A stretch of DNA of 64,000 bases, taken from positions 9,672,001-9,736,000 of the forward strand of contig CM035351.1 in NCBI GenBank assembly GCA_020137815.1, in the 5' to 3' direction. This document shows positions 11,961 through 24,220 of the stretch, in pieces (the stretch's first letter is position 1; every line of letters begins with the position of its first letter). This stretch comes from Hormiphora californensis. Its lineage: Eukaryota > Animalia > Ctenophora. The translations under genes were made by a program, and so were the position numbers. Under the pieces are notes generated by a model. That model ran no database searches. It saw only the letters and a list, made by a program, of their open reading frames with translations, and was not told where the DNA came from.

Positions 11961-13185
11961 ATGTTTCTACTAGTTTGTTTACTGATTTCTGGCAGCCACA
12001 CCGTTCCAACGAAAGGTAAAACACCCTTCAATTCTTTATTCACGTCTCTCCTGTCAATGCCATATCCCTCTCCAGGAGAGAAAATTAGCCAAATACCAAG
12101 AACGAGAGTCTACTTGTTGGTATTTGGCTAATTTTTATAACCACTACAAGCACATATTTTTTAACCGAAGTGGCAAACTGAGCTGTGCCATCATAATTTT
12201 ATTGACTTGTTTTGATAATTATGTTTTTACAGGACGGGTCAGCTTGCGGCTGGGAATTGCACAGGAGTTGGGACAATTGGAAAACTCGGAGGATTTCGCG
12301 AGCGAGGACCTGCAACACGGGTATTTTGCTGCCGATGAGGGCGAGGACCTGCAACACGGGTACTTTGCTGCCGAGGAGGGCGAGGACCTGCAACACGGGT
12401 ACTTTGCTGCCGAGGAGGGCGAGGACCTGCAACACGGGTACTTTGCTGCCGAGGAGGGCGAGGACCTGCAACACGGGTACTTTGCTGCCGGGGAGGGCGA
12501 GGACCTGCAACACGGGTACTTTGCTGCCGAGGAGGGCGAGGACCTGCAACACGGGTACTTTGCTGCCGAGGAGGGCGAGGACCTGCAACACGGGTACTTT
12601 GCTGCCGAGGAGGGCGAGGACCTGCAACACGGGTACTTTGCTGCCGGGGAGGGCGAGGACCTGCAACACGGGTACTTTGCTGCCGAGGAGGGCGAGGACC
12701 TGCAACACGGGTACTTTGCTGCCGAGGAGGGCGAGGACCTGCAACACGGGTACTTTGCTGCCGAGGAGGGCGAGGACCTGCAACACGGGTACTTTGCTGC
12801 CGAGGAGGGCGAGGACCTGCAACACGGGTACTTTGCTGCCGAGGAGGGCGAGGACCTGCAACACGGGTACTTTAACAAAGAAGATGTGAGGAAACAGAAA
12901 ATGAAAGATTACATATTCAAACACCCAAAGGTAAATGAAATCAGTAACTGCTAGACGGGGGTGAAATATACCTTATTTGAAGGGTATTTACTATTTCGGA
13001 ATTAGATCGAGGAATGAGTTTGTTTCAATTTGATCGCTATTTTCAACCCTGACAATGACAACATGACAATTAACCAACTAAACTCTGACACTCCCTTTCA
13101 GTTGACTAAAGAAAAGAAGGAATTGTGGTGGCAGAGAATCCTGAAATTGTACAACAAAAAGCCATGCAAAGCTGGGAAGTGCTGA
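11961..13185 (+). CDS. Secreted multi-copy peptide precursor, 278 aa (signal peptide, 15x EDLQHGYF, cationic C-terminal peptide)
   Basis: Exons 11961-12015 (MFLLVCLLISGSHTVPTK, phase 1), 12233-12930 (phase 0) and 13102-13185 (LTKEKKELWWQRILKLYNKKPCKAGKC*) splice in frame with canonical GT-AG, giving 837 nt. The N-terminus is hydrophobic. Confidence 0.8.
12304..12873 (+). repeat. 39-bp coding tandem repeat, 15 copies
   Basis: Unit GAGGACCTGCAACACGGGTACTTTGCTGCCGAGGAGGGC encodes EDLQHGYFAAEEG. Copy 1 has AADEG, copies 5 and 9 have AAGEG, and copy 15 is truncated after GYF. Confidence 0.97.
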
Positions 13186-14803
13186 CTGTAAACACACGAA
13201 TAGAGAGAATGTAGTTTCTTAAAATTAGCCTGTCTCAAATGCACTATTTGACTACGACTGTGAGTGTGACATTGATAATGATGAGTGACGATTCTTGTTT
13301 TGTTCAAACCCATTTTATTTTATCGGGCGGGGGTCTAGGCAAGACGATTCAGTCAGATTATGAACCCCAACTTGGAACAATGTGCTATTACTGTGTTGAT
13401 CACTTACAAACCAGAATCTGTATTACTTTGTAAATTACTAATTTTATTTGTTAATTTGAAATTCAAATGAATGGTCAAATAATGTAATTTAATTGAGTTG
13501 TATTTTCAGAAAAAGTTTTACTGAAATTGAAAGTAAAACTACAAAAAAGTATTAATATCATAACTAAATCAAACTCAAAGTTTTAGTATAAGTTGTATAG
13601 TATAACTAAAGTAAAAGTAAAACAGACAAATAAATTAATATTAATAATGATATAAATACTTTTTTGTCGATATGCCTCAGCAATTCCTCGGTTACTGACA
13701 GTTATTTCATATGTTTTGGTAATGACAGTGACGATAGCTTGTGATAGTGACACTGACCGGTCATGTCAAACAAAAATCAGTAATATAATGTACGACCTTC
13801 GTGGCGCAGCCGGGATTCCATTTTGTACGGCGCGATCAATACTGCGCGCGTAAATACCGCCGCGCAGACAAATTCAAAATCCGCGATTCATGAAAATATT
13901 GGGATCGTGAATTTTCAACCAAAAACAGCTGGGGTTCTCCGTTCTTTTTGAAAAGCGCTGCCAAGGGTTCTTTCGTTTTTTACCTCACCGTGTGGCTGCT
14001 CTGCACCGTTTTACCCATGATGTCCCTAGTGGGTTGTGTTATTTATTTTTTAGAGTCTGTTCTTTAAAGTGTGTAAGCGTGAGGATGTTTCTATTATACT
14101 TCAAACAGCAATCCGACAATAACCGGGTTCTGCGATAAAAGATATGGAAGGAACTAAGGGTGATATCTTCCTATGAAATGAACTTCCATCTTCCACTAAT
14201 TTTCTCCAAAGACAAGCAGGTTAAGTCGAACTTTAGAAAACCAGTTAGAGCTATGATGGAACAATGAACAATCCTTATTTGGAGATGAACTGCTTGTGTG
14301 ATGGGTTTAAATTTTAATCAATTGTAAATATATAACTGACCAACCCACATACTTTGTACGAATCGCTCTCCACGGAGCAATCTTTTAACTAGTAGATATA
14401 GTAGAGAATACCGGCGGCCTCTAGGGTTGAAAAACATGTAAACACGGTGGTTTGTTAATTGTTTCGGCGTCAACGCCTTCTTCAGAACTCAAATTAATTT
14501 GTTTAAAGTAGTGTTGAAAAGTTTCAAACTTATAGGTTCACTCTGTGACCAATCGTGGTGTGCGTTTATTATCTGAGACCTCGGTGTCGGCTTGTTGTTT
14601 CCTCCTAAAAAAGCTGCTATAGCTGTTAAAAAATTCCCTCGGCCCTCGGCGTACCCTTAATTGACAATACATGTCAGGCCCCATCGGCAGAAAATGTAAA
14701 ATACCTTTCCATCGTTACCAAGTATAACTACGTTGCATCTTTATTGTTAGTCAAGTGACAAGTCAAGTGATGAAAATTAACACTCATCCCCTTATTAGGT
14801 ATC

Positions 14804-15391
14804 ATGAAGGCGTTAGCGCTATCTTTGTGGAACAAAGAAAATGAAAAGGCAGTTAACTTATTAACAATTCAAGATGTTGCTCAGTTCAGTTACTTTCAAC
14901 GGGCTACAGTTGCTGAGTTTCTAACCTTCACATCTCAATTCATGGCGGACAGGACTGCACCTGGTGAAAGAAAAAGCGTTAAAGAAAAAGAGTATATATG
15001 CCACTCTCTTACTAAGACAGATAAAATCGGTGGAGTAATGATATGCGACGAGGAGTATCCTCAGCGGGTTGCATTCACTTTCATGATCAAGATAATGGAG
15101 GATTTTCTAGCGAAGCATCCCAAGGGCACATGGTCATCTGCCCCATTTACAGATGCCGATATCAGGAAACAGTTTGATGCCGCACAAGACCCGAAAGAAA
15201 TAGATCACCTTATGAAAATACAGACTGATCTGGATGAGACCAAGGTTATTCTGTATGACACGATAGAGAAGGTACTCGAACGAGGAGAAAAACTGGAAGA
15301 CATTGTTTCCCGGTCTGAACAACTCAGTGCGACATCGAAACAATTTTACAAGACTGCTAAATCAACTAACTCTTGTTGTGTGATTCTCTGA
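14804..15391 (+). CDS. YKT6: Longin R-SNARE YKT6, intronless
   Basis: 195 aa with FSYFQR..V.EF, D.EYP.RVAF, SNARE motif LERGEKLEDIVSRSEQLS and C-terminal CCVIL prenylation box. Confidence 0.96.
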   Translation: MKALALSLWNKENEKAVNLLTIQDVAQFSYFQRATVAEFLTFTSQFMADRTAPGERKSVKEKEYICHSLTKTDKIGGVMICDEEYPQRVAFTFMIKIMEDFLAKHPKGTWSSAPFTDADIRKQFDAAQDPKEIDHLMKIQTDLDETKVILYDTIEKVLERGEKLEDIVSRSEQLSATSKQFYKTAKSTNSCCVIL

Positions 15392-15781
15392 AATGGTTCT
15401 GTTTTTTGTAGTGTGCTTTGTTTTTGCCTTTTCTCTGCAGGGAAAGGTATGATTTATGTGTGGGAACATGTGTTGTGTGGGGTGAGCTGTCGCTGGGCGA
15501 TTTATGAACATTGTTGTAAGGTTAATTCTTGTGTACATATTCCTCACTAATTATCATTTCAGGATCCTGATTCCAGTATACTCTCTACAACCTAATCAAA
15601 AATCTATCCCTCTCTAGCATGACCAGTTGCTGTAGGGCCAGTTGCTGTGTCCTTCGATACAAGGACTACTGCATCTATAGTCGGAATGGTGTACAAGTCA
15701 GCTTCAGCAGTGTTAAACTATGTATTTTACATAATAAAGTGTCAAGAGTTAGGTATTTCTCGTTAATTTGGTATTAGCCAG

Positions 15782-16602
15782 TAGGGTGTGCTAAGTGAAA
15801 ATTTTGTCGACTTGGCCAAAAGGTTAAGGGTAGATATGAAACTATGGACAATTGTCTACTACATCCTGAAAACGGAATTGGGATAGTGTATGTCAATTAC
15901 GTGGGCCAGGCGATTAAAAAAGTTTACTTTTTTACCGAAAAAAGGAAAATATGTGTGTTTTACACCAGTGTTTGGCATGTTCTTGATATCAACTTTTTAT
16001 GGTCAGGGTCGTGTTCAGCGGTTTGATACCGATCAGAATGGATGTGTATCATGAAAGTTAGCCAAAGGTCATTTTTGACCTGAAAATGTTCATTTTGGAC
16101 CAAAAATGTTCATTTTTGACTAAAAATGTTCATTTTGGCCATTTTCTTCGATTTTGAGAGCTTTTTCATGAACGGGATCGTGTTCAGCAGGTCAAAAGTA
16201 GTCGGTTACAACCGGAATTTGGTTTCCGACAAATAAAATCTCAAAGTTAAAATTCGTCTCAACTAATACTGCAAAGTAGGAAAATGTGCAAGAAAAAAAG
16301 ATGAAAAAAAAAAAAAATTTTCATTATAAAATGGAGTTCTGAAGGTGCAGACTGGAAATAATGGTTGTACTGGTTCTCATGAGGCGATTCATATGTGTGG
16401 TTTTTTCGAAATAACGCCCCAAAAAACATTTTTTGGTATGAATATGCCCATATATGGGCATACATCGGCCCACGTAATTGGGCCAGGGTAGGACTAAAAT
16501 TTTTTTACCAAATGTTTTAGAATGATCGTAGGAACTCATTCTAGGGGTAAACTTTGTGAAAATTGGATTTGATTTATGAGTTGGGAAAAATAGCACACCC
16601 TA
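15782..16602. mobile_element. Non-autonomous hAT-type element
   Basis: TIRs TAGGGTGTGCTA/TAGCACACCCTA are flanked by a perfect 8-bp TSD, TTAGCCAG (15774-15781 and 16603-16610). Confidence 0.85.
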
Positions 16603-16660
16603 TTAGCCAGTCATGGTGCAATAAGTTAATAGGCTTCCATCAACGAGGCCAGTCCTAGAA

Positions 16661-16944
16661 TAGGGATCCCTAAAAAAGTTCAGTATTTACACAGCGTTTA
16701 CACAGTCGTTACACCCAGAGCGGCGTGTGCTGCGTTTTGCGGCTTTTTCTAAGAAAATATTGGATTGTGTGCTGCACAATTGGGTAAATTGAGCGCTGCG
16801 GCGAAAAAAGTTTCCGAAAACGCTGCAAATCGAGTGCAAAAGACGCAGTCTTTACACCCAGAGCGGCGCGGGCGCTCTGGGTGTAACGACTGTGTAAAGA
16901 CTGTGTAAACGCTGTGTAAATACTGAACTTTTTAGGGATCCCTA
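16661..16944. mobile_element. Palindromic MITE
   Basis: Inverted arms TAGGGATCCCTAAAAAAGTTCAGTATTTACACAGCG... / ...CGCTGTGTAAATACTGAACTTTTTAGGGATCCCTA. Confidence 0.7.
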
Positions 16945-17470
16945 TAGCTGTAACTGTCTTACACATTTCTCTTTACCAGATCTGCTAGCTAAATTTAAAT
17001 AGCCTTTTTTTCAAACGACATCGACTCGCTGCACCTGCAGCATTGGCCATTGTCGGGCGCTGGGCGATTTATGAACATCGGCCCTTGAACACCACAAAAA
17101 GTTCCAAGCCTTAATGTTGGGGGAAGTGCCCCTAATTTGCCGGGAATTTGCCCTAATTGGTTACATTGCAGTCATAAATCAAATCACAAATCGTCTTAGG
17201 AAAGGAAGAAGAAGAAAATAGAAGAGGAAAATATAAGGGTGAAGGGCACCTCATTGAATTAGTGGTGGTAGCCGATAGATCATACCAAAATTAAGTCTCT
17301 ATCATAGCTGGTTAGTTAGATAATTAGATGTACTGCAAACATAGCCGTTTCATGGCTATACGGTAAAAACATACCAGGAGAAGAGGACCATTATAATTTC
17401 TAAATTCTATCCCTTCATCCTCATGGTTATATGGTTGCATTGAGACTGTATTATGTATACAGTGTATATA

Positions 17471-18575
17471 TTATTATACCAAAACTAATTGAAATTAGTA
17501 GGCCGGAAAGGTTGCCCTATGATTTGGGCTACCTTTGCCACCATAACATTCACGGGGTACTGCAGACAGGGTATAACAGATGCTTCTTCTATCTTCAAAA
17601 GGGAATGTACTGGTGCCAAAGGTAGCTCAAATCATAGGGCAACCTTTCCGGCCTACTAATTTCAATTAGTTTTGGTATAATTTGCATCATTTTTGGGATT
17701 TTTTATCCATATACATGTAGTAGAACAGGTACGGAGAGGATGGAATAGCGAAATTGCAAAATTTTCATTTTTGACGTCATAAAATGACGTCACGACGTTA
17801 TGACGTCATAATGATGACGTAATATCATCGGGATTACCTAGATGAAAATACTGACCAAGTTTGAGATCGATTGGATGAGATTTGAGTCCGCTATGGCGAA
17901 AAAACCCATATCGTCATATCTATTTTTAAACAGTCATAACACTTTAGACGCGTTTTAAGACCCTTATACGTCTAGTTTTGAAAATTCGCGATACAGTTTC
18001 TGAAAGTTTAGACAATTTTCTTTCCATGATATAGTCTTCGTTTTTCGATTAGAATCCGTCTTCCGGGTGTAAAATGAGCTCAAAGAATTTTAGTCAGAGT
18101 CTGAAAAATGACGACTTTAAGACGTTCTGTAGGACGTTCCTGGTGATGAAAAGGGACCTCACATCGACTAATGCACACACATCCAGTAGATCTACCGGCT
18201 GTGAAAACGAGAAGTTTCTATCTCTTTTTGTTTGGCGTGAATATGGTTTATAAAAAGCGTCTCTCCTACGTGCGCGTATGCGCGACGCGCGCGCGTGCAT
18301 ATGTGTTACACTGAATCTAGGGCAAATGGGACCTGTCTGTAACTTCGGTTCCAGATGAGATAGAGACTTGAAATTTTAAACTTGAGTCAAAGACCCCAAG
18401 CCGGGTATACATTCCAAATTTCAAGTCAAACGGATGAAAGAGAGCCACGCTATAGCCTTCTGAAAGCTGGGTTTTCAGGCAAAACACCCATAAAACGTAT
18501 AACTGCGTTTCTGGCGGCGCTTTTGGGGGAGGGGGAATGGCAACCTTTGCGCTTGCCAGCGCAGTGATAATCATA
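17471..18575 (+). mobile_element. About 1.1-kb dispersed repeat, Helentron/HINE-like family B, copy 1
   Basis: Co-linear with 61157-62210. The 5' end TTATTATACC leads into a ~200-bp hairpin containing AAAGGTTGCC. The 3' end has the complementary GGCAACCTTT followed by the stem-loop TGCGC-TTGCCA-GCGCA. Confidence 0.6.
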
Positions 18576-18757
18576 CACTCTTGACAGCAACATTGTATAA
18601 TGTATACCGCCCAGTTATTACTTCTACTACAGAGTGCCTGCCAATTATCAATTATCATACACATTCTAATATAATACAATCTTGACACTAAGGCAACCTT
18701 TGGAGGTTTTTATTTTCATGTCAACCGTCATTGAAGAGAAATTGACAGGAAAAGAAT

Positions 18758-18950
18758 TACAAATACAAACACGAGTGTTTTAGAAAACAATTGTTTCACT
18801 ACCAGTGGCCTGGTAGATCATCAGTTCCGATAATGAAATATCAACAAACAAACAAACAAATCATTCCCTGCTCCTTTAGAAACATTTTAATAGCATGAAC
18901 TTCCGGTAGTGAAACAATTGTTTTCTAAAACACTCGTGTTTGTATTTGTA
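18758..18950. mobile_element. Small foldback MITE
   Basis: About 46-bp inverted arms TACAAATACAAACACGAGTGTTTTAGAAAACAATTGTTTCACTACC; a possibly related hairpin lies at ~54825-54949. Confidence 0.6.
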
Positions 18951-19677
18951 CAGTACTCCAGGAAAAGTTCATTACCCTGTCGACTGTCGAGTTCTCCTGA
19001 GGACACAATCCCCACAAATCACAGGAAAAGAATTATGTAGGATTGTTCGAAATATTAGAACATGTTAAGTCTTTTCCCGCTTTCAAACAACCCATACTGC
19101 GATGTATTTTAGTGACTGTGGGCCGTGGGGCAACTCTGTAATCTCTGTGCGTTGCCCACAGTCACATCTCAGCGATAAATGAGTCTTTTGAGAGTGGGAA
19201 AAAGAGAAAATGCTCACAGAGAAAATGCTTAGAGAGCTACGCTCTACTATCTCCAGCAATCTTATCCAATTCTGTTGCTGTCCACTCCCAATTTAACTTT
19301 AACAATATACATGTACATGTTAAGTTCATGTAGCCAATAATTTCATGTCTAACTGGGGAACGCATCAAGGAATCAGTTGAAACATGCATTTCACAACAAG
19401 GGAATCGGATGGGTACTGAATAGCACAAGGGAAATAATATACAACAACAACAACAAAATGGATTTATATACCGACTAAATAGACAAGTAGTCTCGATTAG
19501 TTCGAAGAGCAATTGCCATTCATAGCGGTTCTCTCCTCCTATCTTGACATATTGGTTGACAAATGGTCGTAAATGGTAACTCATACTGGTGACTTATAAC
19601 TGACATATATAGTAGACTTAATTAACTCTCAACAATTGGTGACTGTGGGTGACAAGTATAATCAGAAAAATTAATAA

Positions 19678-20233
19678 CAACAAGAATTATTGCATTATGT
19701 ATTCATAATGCTGAGTTCCCTGCCCTACCGTTTCACATGTCAGTGACATTGTCACTGCCAACAGGATCAAGGCTTGGTCATAATGTAATGTGAGATGCAT
19801 ACGATCTAGCTGTCAGCTTCTCACATGGCTTAGAGTTAGCTAACTCACATGACACGTCTTGCTAACCAGCTTTTGACATTCCAACTTAACTACATATCTA
19901 ACCTCTCACACTCGACTCGCAAGATGACAATGTAATGTGTATGTAACACGCGAAACACACGGTAGCGCATTTCATGTTTTGTTGAGTGGCGTGCGCACAC
20001 ACATCCATCAAACTATGTCAATGAGGTGTTTGATGAAGGAGCAGCTCGTCACTGCGTGCACGGCTCTAGTTGCTACACCGTTGCCCCTCGCGACAAAAGT
20101 GTGACCAAAAGTGTCCGTCTACATGTACAGGTTTACTAGTATTCGTTTTCGAATTCTTACCCTGCTATGCCTTTTTGCAAGACAAAAAGGCATCCGGGTG
20201 AATGCCTTCGGCATTCGCCCGGGCAGGGAAAAA
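19678..20233 (-). mobile_element. Helentron-derived non-autonomous element (HINE family A)
   Basis: On the minus strand: 5' TTTTTCCCTGCCC plus hairpin, and 3' GGCAGGGAA + GCATTATG/CATAATGC stem-loop + AATAATTCTTGTT. The ends match those at 38308-39858 and 58177-58780. Confidence 0.7.
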
Positions 20234-20366
20234 TGATAAACTGAATAGTATCTTAGATTATAAAGAATTATGTGACAGCAGCAGGGGTGACTGTGTGAGA
20301 ACGGGGACTAATGAATAACCGAAAAGAAATTATTAAAGACTGACGTCGAAAACCAAATAAGGTCTT

Positions 20367-20880
20367 TCACTTTTCAGAGAAGGTAACAGTAGCATCGAAC
20401 AGGTAGGTCTTCAGGCGAATACGGAAAGAGTCCTCTGAAGGTGCGTCTCTGAGGTTCTCCGGTAGGTTGTTCCAGACATGGGGGAAATATTGGGATATTC
20501 TCCTTTTTCCCAGTTTGCTCACTTTCACATTTCCAGAAGGTAGCTTTAACTTGTAGTGGTCTACTTTACAGCTCTGACGAGTAGACTTTTGCACTGCAGT
20601 ATTTTCATCATGTTCCACTAGATCCTGAAGGTACTGAGGGGCACTTCCATAATAGATCTTGTACCCTAGTAAACAGATTTTGAAGAATATCATCATCTTC
20701 TCAATCGTAAGGATATATGGGAATCACGGTAGAAGGGGTCCAGATCAACTTTCCTCTCTCTGACTCCATGGATGTATCTTATTACTTGATTCATTAGTCC
20801 TTTCAGCGGCTTGATGGTAGAGGCCGGTAGGTTGAAATACAGGGCATTGCAATAGTCCACTTTGGATGTAAATATAATAA
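20367..20880 (-). mobile_element. 5'-truncated, degenerate LINE (L2/CR1-group ORF2 C-terminus)
   Basis: Translates to SKVDYCNAL...FKICLLGYK...APQYLQDL...WNNLPENLR...SF..RLKTYLF, the typical post-RT tail, with frameshifts. Confidence 0.8.
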
Positions 20881-21165
20881 TCCACTGAAAAAGTCTCTCA
20901 AGATGGATAAATCTTCATGTTTATAGTTCTTCTTCTTCTTGTGGAGGGTGCCTGGGAAAAACCCACGAGGAACTATCGCTAAACGAAATGTTTACACAGT
21001 TAATAATTAATAATAATAGTTAATGTTAATAATAGTTTAAAGTGAATCAGTTTTGTTTACTCCTTCCGGCTGGACAAATGATAGACTAGTATTTTATCTA
21101 CAATAAAAAACCGTCTATCATTTGTCCAGCCGGAAGGAGAAAACAAAACTTGTTTTTTTTCACTG

Positions 21166-21752
21166 TGGCCAATAAACAATCAACCGATCCTTATTCTCTA
21201 TTTAAAGGGTGACAAGATACCTAAAACTTTTCTTCTACATATCTTGCTTTTTTCGATTTTCATGAGTTTTATGCATTTTTTCAGATTTTTTGTCGTGAAG
21301 AAAAATATTCCAAATCAGAGCGCTTTCCTGCACTCAGCCCCACCACTTATATAACATTCTCGTACTGAAAAAGTGTAGCACAGCTGAAATCTACATTGGA
21401 ATACACTTTTTCACACACAATCGCCACAACAAATAACAATCATATCATGAGATTGTTAAAAGTCGCGGCTGAGCGCTGGAAGGCGCTCGGATTTGGAACA
21501 TTTTTCTACACGAAAAGGTACCTTGTCAACCTTAAACGTGGCGACCAGTTGCTGTTGAGACACAGAGATAGTACAAACAGTTCAAGGAAGCATGTCCTTC
21601 ACAGCCACCCCCTGTGATACCCGCAAACGGTCTAAGTATTTCGAAACAGATGGTAAAATAGTATTACAACGGAGTATAGTGAAGCTAAAGACTAATTACG
21701 CCCCAAAGACACAAACGAACTAAAGACTCTCTCTCTCTCAGCTCTCTCTCTC

Positions 21753-21823
<71 letters not shown>

Positions 21824-21864
21824 CTATCTCTATCTTTCTCTCTCTCTCTCTCTATATATATCTA

Positions 21865-21908
<44 letters not shown>

Positions 21909-21914
21909 CTCTCT

Positions 21915-21966
<52 letters not shown>

Positions 21967-23777
21967 TCTCTCATATCTATCATATCTCTCATATAGCTTT
22001 CCCTCTATCTTCCCTTATCTTTCCATCCTTCTCCCTATCTCTGTCAGGTAATCTTTACAAGGGTGGGTGAACTCTTTTTTCTGTCCCCAAGTATAGTTCC
22101 AGTTCAGATCAAAAGGGTAATCATGAATTATGCTGTAGCCAAATCCCTTTGACCTGATGTCTCCAGCCCCCAGACCTATTGGATGATCTAGCTGTAATTA
22201 AGGCCAGAGGGGGGGGTCGACGGGTTTTTTGGGGTGTTTTTTGAGGTACACGTTATATGAAAGCGCTGGGCAAGGCGGATCGATTAGAACAGACGTCATC
22301 GATGTTGCGCGCACCGTTTGGCCAAAATTTGGGGGTTAACATTTGGCCTATTATGGATGTTAACCCCTATAAATCAGGATTGGTGGGGTCTATAACATCC
22401 ATCATTGTACCAAAGGCTTCGTCTTGTCTTGATACAACTTCCTGAAAAGTTTTATGTCGTTACTCCAACTACTTCTTGATTTTTTGGGGGTTTACAAAAT
22501 ATGCGGAAAAAGCCCTTTTTGCCTCTAATTTTGCTCTTTTTTGGGACATCCTGCCTCACTTCCTGAAATAACGGCTAGGACTCAGACCTTGCCGTTTGGC
22601 ATAGTTGTTCTAGAGACCGTGTTCTTCAAATTTGATGTAGCGATTTTTGATTAAGGCCCCCGTTCAAAAATTATAGGGGTTAACATTTGTTTTGTCCATG
22701 AAAATTTTATGTAAACCCCTATAATTTTTGAACGGGGGCCTTAATCAAAAATCGCTACATCAAATTTGAAGAACACGGTCTCTAGAACAACTATGCCAAA
22801 CGGCAAGGTCTGAGTCCTAGCCGTTATTTCAGGAAGTGAGGCAGGATGTCCCAAAAAAGAGCAAAATTAGAGGCAAAAAGGGCTTTTTCCGCATATTTTG
22901 TAAACCCCCAAAAAATCAAGAAGTAGTTGGAATAACGACATAAAACTTTTCAGGAAGTTGTATCAAGACAAGACGAAGCCTTTGGTACAATGATGGATGC
23001 TCTAGACCCCACCAATCCTGATTTATAGGGGTTAACATCCATTATAGGCCAAATGTTAACCCCCAAATTTTGGCCAAACGGTGCGCGCAACATCGATGAC
23101 GTCTGTTCTAATCGATCCGCCTTGCCCAGCGCTTTCATATAACGTATACCTCAAAAAACACCCCAAAAAACCCGTCGACCCCCCCCTCTGTGGCCAATAA
23201 ACAATCAACCGATCCTTATTCTCTATTTAAAGGGTGACAAGATACCTAAAACTTTTCTTCTACATATCTTGCTTTTTTCGATTTTCATGAGTTTTATGCA
23301 TTTTTTCAGATTTTTTGTCGTGAAGAAAAATATTCCAAATCAGAGCGCTTTCCTGCACTCAGCCCCACCACTTATATAACATTCTCGTACTGAAAAAGTG
23401 TAGCACAGCTGAAATCTACATTGGAATACACTTTTTCACACACAATCGCCACAACAAATAACAATCATATCATGAGATTGTTAAAAGTCGCGGCTGAGCG
23501 CTGGAAGGCGCTCGGATTTGGAACATGTTTCTACACGAAAAGGTACCTTGTCAACCTTAAACGTGGCGACCAGTTGCTGTTGAGACACAGAGATAGTACA
23601 AACAGTTCAAGGAAGCATGTCCTTCACAGCCACCCCCTGTGATACCCGCAAACGGTCTAAGTATTTCGAAACAGATGGTAAAATAGTATTACAACGGAGT
23701 ATAGTGAAGCTAAAGACTAATTACGCCCCAAAGACACAAACGAACTAAAGACTCTCTCTCTCTCAGCTCTCTCTCTC

Positions 23778-23846
<69 letters not shown>

Positions 23847-23887
23847 CTATCTCTATCTTTCTCTCTCTCTCTCTCTATATATATCTA

Positions 23888-23985
<98 letters not shown>

Positions 23986-24220
23986 TCTCTCATATCTATC
24001 ATATCTCTCATATAGCTTTCCCTCTATCTTCCCTTATCTTTCCATCCTTCTCCCTATCTCTGTCAGGTAATCTTTACAAGGGTGGGTGAACTCTTTTTTC
24101 TGTCCCCAAGTATAGTTCCAGTTCAGATCAAAAGGGTAATCATGAATTATGCTGTAGCCAAATCCCTTTGACCTGATGTCTCCAGCCCCCAGACCTATTG
24201 GATGATCTAGCTGTAATTAA
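21166..24220. repeat. About 1.03-kb direct duplication (21166-22201 and 23191-24220) flanking a foldback element
   Basis: The two copies are almost identical, including the internal (CT)n tract; ORF-track entries 21396 and 23421 differ by one residue. Confidence 0.9.
22202..23190. mobile_element. 989-bp near-perfect palindromic (foldback) element, TTAA-associated, Kolobok-like
   Basis: Arms of about 480 bp surround a ~30-nt loop near 22695. The left end is TTAA|GGCCAGAGGGG. A related partial copy at ~54587-55294 ends CCCTCTGGCC|TTAA. Confidence 0.85.

Noticed and set aside
10095-12873. CRISPR-like appearance of the 27-bp and 39-bp arrays
   Set aside because: Units are head-to-tail with no unique spacers, there are no cas genes, and the context is eukaryotic.
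12304-12873. HGYF as a coelenterazine (FYY), GFP-chromophore (xYG), sulfakinin (YGH), or TRH/GnRH (QH) relative
   Set aside because: Residue order and processing signals do not match; the similarity is only 2-3 residues.
12199-12924. Alternative-frame ORFs over the 39-bp repeat
   Set aside because: Only the EDLQHGYF frame connects to the signal-peptide and terminal exons by canonical splicing.
22257-23138. Mirror-image 62-aa ORF pair
   Set aside because: A consequence of the palindrome; there are no transposase or other recognisable motifs.
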